A program made the translations under genes and the position numbers. A DNA stretch of 50,690 nucleotides from positions 1-50,690 of the forward strand of contig JAUCBJ010008615.1 of assembly GCA_032718475.1 (NCBI GenBank), in the 5' to 3' direction. Under the pieces are notes generated by a model. It searched no databases. It saw only the letters and a program-made list of their open reading frames with translations, and had not been told where the DNA came from. The stretch comes from Nemertoderma westbladi (lineage: Eukaryota > Animalia > Xenacoelomorpha). Position 1 is the first letter of the stretch. Every line of letters starts with the position of its first letter. Of the stretch, positions 11,873 through 21,212 are shown piece after piece.

Positions 11873-12890
11873 TTGACGGACCACAAACCACTTTTGAACT
11901 GTCTCAATATGAAAAATCGAAGTCCGCAGCAGGCTCGTTGGCTTTCCTACATTTCCGAGTTTGACAGCACAATTAAATACATAGCTGGTTCAGAAAATAT
12001 AGTTGCTGATGCCCTATCACGCCCTCTAGCGGCCATTTCGTTAGATAATTTTGAGGAGTTATCTGACTATCAGAATGAAGATAATTTGTTGCAGCAATTC
12101 TTTGCTAAAACAACATTGCCCTTAAAACAGCTAAAAAAAAACGGCAAAACTGTTTACTATGACAACTCTGGTGAATATCTTAGACCATACTTACCAACTA
12201 AACTCAGAAAGAAAATTTTTCACACTTTTCACAATCTATCTCATGCCGGTCCTGAAGAAACACGGAAACTAATATGCACGCGATATATTTGGCCCGCAAT
12301 GAATCGTCAAATAAAAGAATGGGCACGGGAATGTCTTGAATGTCAGAAGTCAAAAATCTCTCTTCATACTAAACCGCCCATTGGAACTATTCCAACTTTG
12401 TCGCGTCTAGATACAGTTCACCTGGATATAGTCGGCCCATTGCCATCTTCATGTGGACACAGATATCTATTTACTGCGGTCGATCGGTTTACTCGCTGGC
12501 CAGAAGTTGTGTTCCGCTGAGAGTATAGCTAATGCATTTCTGGATTCGTGGATTAGTTGTTTCGGTATCCCACGTAAAATAATTACAGATCAAGGATCTC
12601 AATTTGAGTCGAGGTTATTCAGAATTTTAACAAATCAACTAGGAATTGAACGTGCGAGGACAACTGCATACCATCCTGCTTGCAATGGTCTTGTAGAAAG
12701 GTTTCACAGGCAACTTAAAAACTCACTTCGAGCGAAATGTAATAACGAAAAATGGTTCAACGAATTGCCATTAGTACTTCTTGGTATTAGATCCGCAGCT
12801 GGTTGCCATGGTTACTCCCCATCACAGCTTCTCTACGGAACTGAGTTATATCTACCCGGACACAGTGCCGGATTAAGCCTCTGGTGGCCC
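11873..12890 (+). pseudogene. pol: Ty3/Gypsy pol fragment (RNase H C-terminus plus integrase), frameshifted
   Basis: TDHKPL, N.VADALSR, H-x3-H...CLECQ zinc domain, VHLDIVGPLP, AVDRFTRWPE, ITDQGSQFES, TTAYHPACNGLVERFHRQLK; frameshift near 12515. Confidence 0.9.
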
Positions 12891-13002
12891 TAAGGCACAT
12901 TTTAGTAATTTCCAAAAATGGCCCGAAAATTTGTATTTTTCCGCAAACCCTTTCAAAAGAAAAAGCTGCTTAAAAAACAACTCTTGTGTAAAAAACACAA
13001 GG

Positions 13003-13175
13003 TTCCACCTTGGTGTAGTGGTTGCATTGAATTCACATCTCCCGTAGGTCGTGGGTTCGATCCTCACATTTTGGGGGGTAAAGTTCTGGGGGGACCGCAC
13101 TGAAAATAAGTCGTCAGACTTTATGCGTAATCCCTGGCCTAGTGGCCGAAGAAAATTTACTTTTATTTACTTTAA
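13003..13175 (+). mobile_element. tRNA-derived SINE (Pol III A and B boxes), internally shorter form
   Basis: A box tggtgtagtgg (13011), B box ggttcgatcc; 3' block gttctggggggaccgcactg...atccctgg...ggccgaaga shared with 35681-35910; (tttac)-like tail. Confidence 0.75.
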
Positions 13176-14740
13176 CTGAAAATGTTGCGAATGATATATA
13201 AAGTACTGTATTTCCGTTGGATGACTGCGTGCAAATAAGTACTAAAGTAAGTACTTTAGTAATTACTTTAATAATAAGTACTTTGCAAAAATAGTTTTCA
13301 TCAAGAATTGTAACATTACTAAACGGCCTATTATGCCTATAAAAAAAACCCTTTGCTATAACAAGTGGAATTTGGTAGAATTTCTCAAGCTTTAATTTTT
13401 AATATATTAATGGGACCATTACCCCATATCTATTTGTTTTATTTATAAAGCTACTATTCTGAAACTTTTACACAATGATCTGTGATCTTTTATATAGGCC
13501 TACTATTAAAACTGAGTATAGATAACTTCATAAACCGTTTGTTCGAAAAATATAGCACTTTTTGAGCAGGTCGGTTTTTTTCATAAATTATATAAATTGT
13601 GATGCATTAATATGTAACTTAGCTCATGTTTAAAGATCTGTAATACCACCTGCATTGAAGTTCTTGGCCCAAGACTTTGGTAAAATAGACCTAGATATGT
13701 AGGCTATATTCTATGAAAACTTTAAAACAATTTTATTAGCACAAAATTATTGTTTTTAAAAATTTATGGGGGTTTTTTAGTATGTCCGGGCTATATTTTG
13801 GGAATCAAATATTTTGTGACAGACAAAGTGTAGCAGTTACACAATCGGTTATAGAAGATCCAAATGGCCATGTTTTACAAAACCAACGATTGTAGTCCTA
13901 AAGCTGCTGAACATTTTGGTATATGTTTGATGGCAATTGAGTAAAAAATAAAATAGTAGTAGAATTTAGTAGCAGAATTTAGTGATGAAAAAAGTCAAAA
14001 TTGACAAACTGATAAAAAAGGTTTTTTATACAGAGAGTCATAAATATCAGCAATTATTATGTTGTTGAAAAGAGCAGTTTTGAGGTAAAAAAATAATTCA
14101 ATGTTGAAAACCGATATCACCTTTTATGAAAGCCCTTCTATCAAACTACAAAAAATTGTGTAAATTTTCGAAAATTTCATTTCTGTGGTGGTTATAGTTG
14201 GCCCCCTTAAGGCTGACTGGCCCCTGAAAGAAATTTAACAATTTTGATCGGATTGTGGGAATGTGTTATTTATTTGCTGTAGGGTAGGTTTTGCACGGTA
14301 CTTATCTTTACAGGACTTACTTGCTGAGAAATATAACACACCAAAAGTGTGGGCTTAGTGTAAAGATATAATATTTCTGATCTAGATTTGGACTTGCTGA
14401 GAAAGTAATGTTCTTCGATAAGAGAACAGTCTCGGAAATAAGCACTTTTTGTCACTAACGACAAATATAATTAAAATTAAATTGAAAAAAAAATTCAATT
14501 AAATTCTCCATTGTTCATAATTAGCACTTTAATGTTTTACTGCCCATGTTACTGTATATTATTTCCCTGCCATCAGGTCTCGAACTAAAACACAGCACCT
14601 GTCGGTCGACTGAGCTAGCTATCAGCTTAGTTATCATCATCATCATCATATTAGTTATCAGCTATTAGCTTTCTATCAGAAATTTAGGGATAGAAAGTAG
14701 TCGAAAGATGCACTTTCTTGAGTGATTATTAAAAGAAGGA

Positions 14741-15045
14741 ACGATGGCGACGGTGTCTATCAAACCCGGAATGATGGCGACAGAGTCTATTAAACCCAGA
14801 ACGATGGCGACGGCGTCTATCAAACCCGGAATGATGGCGATGGAGAATATTAAACCCAGAAGCCAGAACGATGGCGATGGAGTCTATAGAACCCGGAGCC
14901 GGAAGGATGGCGATGGAGTCTATTAAACCCGGAACGATGGCGACGGAGTCTAGTAAACCCATAATGATGGCGACGGAGTCTATTAAACCCGGAACCATGG
15001 CCTCTTTTAAACCTGGGACGTTGGCGACGGAGTCCATTAAACCAA
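14741..15045. repeat. 30-bp minisatellite (atggcgacggagtctattaaacccggaacg), about 10 copies
   Basis: Tandem diverged 30-mers visible directly. Confidence 0.9.
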
Positions 15046-15368
15046 GGCCTACCGAATTATAGGTAAAGGATGGATTCCCTGAGGGAGAACGAGTTTACAA
15101 CGGATTTGATACAGTTTGGGGTAGGGCGGGCTGGCGGGTTGAGTTGACCTCAGGTCACCCAACCAACCTATCTAGAGACGAAACAACCTAACTAGACACT
15201 AGATAAGAACTCCGCGCCCTGAACTGCAGTAAAAGAGTAAGAGTTTAATTTTAGTACAACTGTAACTAATTCTGGTTAATTTTATTTACATATTATTTTC
15301 GCGGCCTGGTAGGCCACGTAGTTAGTAGGCAGGAAGTGGCGGGGTTGAGCCAACCCGACGGCGGCCTG

Positions 15369-16533
15369 TGTTTGCGCTTTTGAAGACCTTTGACAGTTTA
15401 ACCTGCCAAAATTAGAATGTCTTTTGGATGATAGATAGTCTTTAGCCTATGACGAGTATTTAATACACTATATTAGCCGAAGCCAGTCTATGCGCAATCA
15501 TTCACCCGTTGGATATACCCGGGAGACTGAGTTCGGAGCTTAATGATTGATGGTGTAAGCCTACCGTATTATTCGACTGATCGTAATATATAATCTCTGA
15601 CAAATATTATTCACTTTCGGGAAATATTAACAGTTCCTTTAGGACGTGGCGCTCTAAATATGTAAACAGAGTTATGGCTTAAACTAGACACAACGAAAAG
15701 GCTATAGATTCACGTATATGGCGCATTCTTTAGGAGATGCTTTGTTATCAGTTACACTCATACACAATGCTGCACAATACTGCACACTAATCTGCCGACC
15801 TTCACTAAATTTAGTCACGTATAAAGAGAGCAACAGACAATTTATGTTGGGCATATTAAATAGCATTAGATTCACTTCAAACCACTCAACATAGGTCGCA
15901 ATCGTTTATCTGTAACCGGTCTCTCTAACCTTTAGTATATCAAGAAGGTGGGGTATCTGATTATTGATCAGTATTCCGATATGATATTTCATCAACAAAT
16001 ATAATGAATAACCGACAGCAAAAGCAGTAATATTAATAATTTATGGATAGTAAATGAGTGAATAGCTCGCTAAGTAGCTCGATAACAGATATACGTTCTA
16101 TAATTAAGCCTACTAATGTAAGACTAAAGACTGAAACACGGAGGTGCCAAAAGCCGGTTCTTAGGCTCTGGGCAAAAACATAACACTGAATTATTGAGTT
16201 TCTGTATACACCTCCAACACAGAGACAACAAACGCTCTGATTGGTCAACCGAACAACGAGAGAACAAAGAAACAAAGAAACGTCGACGTGGCAATATCAG
16301 CTGTTAGCCGTCGTCATGGTAGCGACACTGTTTTCAAGAGTATCTAGCTTATCGCGTCACGAGATTGCGGATTATGTCCTCTAAAGTACGAATACAGTAC
16401 AAATACATAAGAAATGACTTTTATGTCCTCTAAAACACCAGTACAGCAAGGACACGGCCCTTTTATGCCTGGCAAACCAACTACAGAGTACTTTAAGGGA
16501 AAATAACCGGTTAATGACGCAAAAGCTTTTACA
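15369..16533 (-). repeat. 3' LTR (1165 bp)
   Basis: Direct repeat of 28346-29515; minus strand tgtaaaagc...gcgcaaaca. Confidence 0.95.
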
Positions 16534-16541
16534 CCGCTCCC
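16534..16541 (-). other. Candidate polypurine tract (gggagcgg on the minus strand) abutting the 3' LTR
   Basis: Plus-strand ccgctccc lies immediately after the LTR, the expected PPT position. Confidence 0.55.
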
Positions 16542-16611
16542 AGAAAATGGGATTTAAGTCTATAAAATATAACAAATCACAGTTTCTAAAATATAAAAAT
16601 ACTCTAAACAG

Positions 16612-18387
16612 TTAGTCTTTCTTGCGCGGACGGCGTTTACGCAGTTTTTTGAGGCTAGTAAGAGTCCTTTTCTCTTTGGGGCGAGCCACTTTACTAGGAG
16701 GGCTGTAACTCCTGGGTGAAGGGTGCAATACAATTGCATCAGAAGGTTTCGGATTGCGATCGGTATATCCGCCGGTCGAGGTACCTGGTTGATCGATATC
16801 AACTTCCGTGGAGCGAGGTCTAACAGCCTTTAGGGCGCGCCTCAGGACAGCAGCTCCTACGGGTCCTTGACGGGTTGTCTGAGCAATGGCGGTAGGCGGA
16901 CCGTGGGTGGTAAGAAACTTCCTTGGTTTAATAGTTCTTTCCAGCTCGCGTTCTCGGGCTCGATATTTGTAGGGCCGTCGAGATACTTCCTGCAACTCAG
17001 GGTGTGAGTTGATAAATAAGTCGCCATACTCAGGGTCTTGACGGATATAATTGATCAAATGGTATGAAGTAATATCGTTAGGATTGACGTTCCTAAGGTA
17101 TCTTCTAACAAATTTGGTGGAAATACACTCACCAACACGCTTCATTAGCTCGTAACTCGGTACGCGTGTTTTTTGTTCCACAGACGCTAATAAATAAGGA
17201 TGGAACGCGTAAACTCCCTCGTAAGAGCGTCCAGGGTAGTATCGATGACGGGACTCACAATGTAAATCCGCGTTCGCTTCCCAAGCTCGAATGTAGCGCA
17301 GGGTAATCATTTCATCTACGCTCTCTAAATCGTGATTAAAGGGGCAATTATAACTGGCATGTCCTTTAAGTTGACAGTGGTGGCATTGAGTCATAAACTG
17401 GGGGCAGACTGCAAAAATATGAGAGTTATTAATTCTGCAATACGCACAATATATCTCCATCATTGGTTGTTCGTGGAAGTAGGAACAGGGTACGTCTGAG
17501 TCCATAGGAGTGAAGTGGTCTCTCGATGCGCATAATCGACAACGTTTTCGAGAAACATAGTTAGCGTGTCGATAATCGTATGCGGTGAGACATTGTGGAC
17601 CTTGATACCACTCTAAGACGTAGTCGTTATCGCTGCTCCGGGGCGCTGTAGGTTGAATCGCTTCAGCTTCTAAGCATATTGGTTCGTCTTCCAATTGCAT
17701 AGCTGAGGTAGGTGCGGCTGTCTCCGCAAGCGGACCCACTGTCTGAACTTCGACGACAGAATAACCCGTGGGTATTCGGGGTCTTTGTATAACAGATGAG
17801 TGCAAGTTCTGTATACAAACGTCCTGAAAAAGGGCAAATCCCGCGCTGTTTAGCTTCTCCGCCGCTGAGTCTCTCAGGCTGAGTTTGGTCAGAGCGCGGT
17901 CCTTGAACTGACTATCAACGTTACGGAACGGAGTCAGAAAGCGCCTGAAACATTCAAAGCGGATGAATTTATTGTGTTCATCTAGCTTGGCGAGTTTGGT
18001 TCCAAGTATTAAGGGATTGGCGCGTATGGTACGACTGCACACATCGGCTAGCCAACCGGCAAGTGCTGCGTTTTCAAAGATCGTGTATATAGCTAAGGAG
18101 GGACGAAGTGGAACACTCATAAAGCTATACACGGCGCCAGGTGCGGTCAATGGTCCATCAAAGTATAAACGAGAATAATGATCTCCGTATACTTGTTGGT
18201 AATTTATAGGATTTCCAACCTTGAAATTCCATCCGTATTCTTGAAAGGCAAGATGTCCGATGGAGGTTCGTTGTACTTTGGTAATTCCGCTGGGCGTATT
18301 GGCATACATAGTGCGGAAGAAACCTCGGCCTTCTGCCCAAGGAGCAATCAGCTGAGTATCAACGAAGGGGTATGGAATGTTCTCCAT
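16612..18387 (-). CDS. Retrotransposon accessory protein (591 aa) with three CCHC-type zinc-knuckle motifs and a basic NLS-like C-terminus; not Env-like
   Basis: Uninterrupted ATG-initiated ORF, same strand as gag, ending 78 nt before the 3' LTR; CRLC-x4-H-x9-C, CAYC-x5-H-x4-C, CHHC-x4-H-x4-C; ends KKLRKRRPRKKD; no signal peptide or TM seen. Confidence 0.8.
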   Translation of the reverse strand: MENIPYPFVDTQLIAPWAEGRGFFRTMYANTPSGITKVQRTSIGHLAFQEYGWNFKVGNPINYQQVYGDHYSRLYFDGPLTAPGAVYSFMSVPLRPSLAIYTIFENAALAGWLADVCSRTIRANPLILGTKLAKLDEHNKFIRFECFRRFLTPFRNVDSQFKDRALTKLSLRDSAAEKLNSAGFALFQDVCIQNLHSSVIQRPRIPTGYSVVEVQTVGPLAETAAPTSAMQLEDEPICLEAEAIQPTAPRSSDNDYVLEWYQGPQCLTAYDYRHANYVSRKRCRLCASRDHFTPMDSDVPCSYFHEQPMMEIYCAYCRINNSHIFAVCPQFMTQCHHCQLKGHASYNCPFNHDLESVDEMITLRYIRAWEANADLHCESRHRYYPGRSYEGVYAFHPYLLASVEQKTRVPSYELMKRVGECISTKFVRRYLRNVNPNDITSYHLINYIRQDPEYGDLFINSHPELQEVSRRPYKYRARERELERTIKPRKFLTTHGPPTAIAQTTRQGPVGAAVLRRALKAVRPRSTEVDIDQPGTSTGGYTDRNPKPSDAIVLHPSPRSYSPPSKVARPKEKRTLTSLKKLRKRRPRKKD

Positions 18388-18655
18388 GTTCCTGTTGTAT
18401 GCCTAATATGTCTTCCATTGATGGTAGAGAGCAGGGGAAGACCTATGTCGTATTCAGAAGTATTCAGAAATACGATCTCAGTAGGAAGATTCAAACATTC
18501 GAAGACTGTCTTCAAATGCATTTATCCCTAATCAATAAGGGAGGTGAACAACCAGATTTATGACACATAATGGTACCAGTTGTTCACAAACCATCCGCGT
18601 GTCCTTTCAGTCCTTGTATCACGGTTGTGGACTTAAGGAAATCCTTAGTGGTTGA

Positions 18656-18991
18656 TTATCTAATCAACAACGAGAGGGTGGAAGTTGATATCATAAATAT
18701 CAACAGAATGGTACAGGGACAGGAGGTGCGAACACCAATATGAGCATACAAATAAACAGTAAGGGGTGGGAGATTTATTAGGAGGCGGTATGATCCATAC
18801 CACGATACGGCAATGATTGGTCGATCATCTCCCAAAGCTCCGAGCGCGTTGGGAAGAGAAGGTGTGACGAAGTGGGTTGTATTTTCAATAGCGATGTATA
18901 GAGGGATAAAGGGAGGAAAGAGGAGGGAGGATATAGGGTAGTATCCATAAGATACCACAATGGACAAGTTTTCCGTCACGTCATCATTCAT
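18656..18991 (-). CDS. Small hydrophobic ORF (111 aa) in the accessory region; may be decayed or spurious
   Basis: ATG-initiated, co-oriented between the 132-aa and 591-aa ORFs; no recognisable motif. Confidence 0.25.
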   Translation of the reverse strand: MNDDVTENLSIVVSYGYYPISSLLFPPFIPLYIAIENTTHFVTPSLPNALGALGDDRPIIAVSWYGSYRLLINLPPLTVYLYAHIGVRTSCPCTILLIFMISTSTLSLLIR

Positions 18992-19172
18992 TCTTGTCTT
19001 TTAATTGTGACACTGATCACAATAATTACAGGAAAACGATGAAGGAAGAGAAATTTACAGCCTCCCGAAGGAGACCGCCCGCGAGCACCCGTGCCCCGGG
19101 GAAAACTATTCACATTATGGACCCTGGACATTAACACACGTCTCTTCTCCAGTGGTTCTCCTATATTTGTCT

Positions 19173-19571
19173 TTACAAGCCTTCATCCACGTTCTTTCTT
19201 TCGAGCTGATTTAGAATAGAGTTCTCGTGTTCTATTCTTGGCTTATCGTTCCGATTCCGTTGGGTATGATATTTAAATAAAACCATTTCCCTTTCGGTAT
19301 CCACATCGTCCGTATCGTGTAAATCGATAGGGTGGCCGGTAGTTAAGAAGTCCATATACGTACCATTACGATGCGTATAGCGAGCGGTGAACTTTCTATA
19401 GTCCAATTCACGCGTAAGTTGCTCCGGGGACATTGGCGGTTCGATATAACGACCATCATCCTCCGTAGTAGTTGGACCAGCGTCGCCGCGTATCAAGCTA
19501 TCGACAAACGCTTGTAAAGGTAGAGTATATCGCTCCCTGATGCCAAGATCATCTTCTATCAACTCAGTCAT
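19173..19571 (-). CDS. Hypothetical accessory protein (132 aa, acidic)
   Basis: ATG-initiated, co-oriented with gag, protein-like composition; no recognised domain. Confidence 0.45.
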   Translation of the reverse strand: MTELIEDDLGIRERYTLPLQAFVDSLIRGDAGPTTTEDDGRYIEPPMSPEQLTRELDYRKFTARYTHRNGTYMDFLTTGHPIDLHDTDDVDTEREMVLFKYHTQRNRNDKPRIEHENSILNQLERKNVDEGL

Positions 19572-21212
19572 ATCTGCTATGAGTTTATCAATATTATAAT
19601 GAGTCTATATATATTAGGCTAGCGGGCGTCGCTGCCTACCCCTCTTTTGCCCCCGGACAGTGTAAGATCCTCAGCGCCGATGTACCGTCGTCGCTGTGCT
19701 TTCGCCAACGATGTAGCTACACAACGACAACGATAACCGGCACAAGTCACTTAACTGTCCGTCCCAAAGGCTTAGATGTACTGCAGGTTCTTCTTGGAGA
19801 GTTAGGGATACTTTCACAATTGCGACTCGCTACTGTAAACACACCTTAGTAGTAACATTCACCTACAAACGCACAAATTCAACACAACTGCAACAAACTG
19901 CACACATTCGGGCCATTTGTCCGTTAGTCAGTACCTTCCAGAATGTCACTGTATTTATTATGTATCCTTGGATACTAGCAGTGCGCTATTTATTCCCTAT
20001 GCTACTCAATGGGGCATGCTTTCTATTGTTCTTTTAACTCACTTCTAATTCTAGCGTGGTTGTTGCCATGGTGACATTATGGAAAGCTAGCGGTAGAATT
20101 AGGGTAATTCTCATGCATACAGATCTGGGATGCTATTTAATAGTAATTCTTTAATGGTCAATATCCCCTTTATACATGATTCTATGAATTTTATCGGCTA
20201 TTGACTATGCATTGGAGATTCTCGCACACAAATACACTTAATAGAGTGAATCTCCGCTCCCATGATCTATTAATTAATGGAATTTTGGGAATGTTATAAA
20301 TTGTACAAAATGACAATTTATTAAATTCATTTAAATATATGAATTTAAATTTATTCCCGTGAATTTTATTATTTGATGTTAGAATGGACACAATTTGATT
20401 CCAGAACAGGTCTGGGGACATAGGATCCTTAATTCTCGGAATTTTGTCCTTTTAAGAGTATCGGTAAGTGCTACGATATCTTAATCGACTAGAATTTTAA
20501 AGGATCTGATATTTGACAGATTTTGTAAATATTAATAATTAATATTTAGGATGGGCACCAATTTATTCCAGAACTTGTCTGGGGACGTTAACCACTGATT
20601 CTAGAATTTTGTCTTTCAAGTATATCGGTGGGTGCCGCGATATCTTAATCGACTAGAATTACAGATGGTCAAAGGGTTTAACAGATTTATTTTGCGTTAT
20701 ACGCTACTGTTAAAGGGACATCACGCTACTATATGTATTATTTAATATACGGTATGAGAGCAATATCGCACGAAGCAATGTCAGTGTGAAGAGGCAAGTC
20801 GTTTCCAAGGTCTACCCAGAGCTTGGTTTAGCCGAGACATGAGGATCTGAACTTTGCATTCCTAATACTCTGCCTACCAATAATACTTAAATATAGTAGT
20901 GGCTTTATTGTACTTTAATAAGTACGGACATTTCATCTTACTGTAGTCACGTATTTATAATGTAATACGGACAGTAAGGAAAGAGAAAAAATTATTTCTC
21001 GCCGTCGCACTAAATATATAATATACGTAATTAAATAATAAACGCGAATATATATTGCACTAATCTACTAAATAATCTCTAAAATACCATACTACTAAAT
21101 AAAATTAAATAAAACGATTAAAATAAAATTACATAATAATACATACATAAATATAAAAATAAAACAAATACAAATATAAAATAATATGGTCACACACCCA
21201 CTCCAGCCGTTT

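Noticed and set aside
13408-14210. Possible TTAA-flanked Kolobok-like element
   Set aside because: The right end (ggcccccttaa) looks plausible but the left TIR match is too weak.
16033-16575. Short ORFs within the LTRs (also 29028-29673)
   Set aside because: Short, mostly non-ATG, differing between the two LTR copies, with no motifs.
16612-18387. Calling the accessory ORF env or nanos
   Set aside because: No signal peptide, TM anchor or fusion-protein cysteine pattern; CCHC spacing differs from the Nanos C-x2-C-x12-H-x10-C-x7-C-x2-C-x7-H-x4-C pattern.
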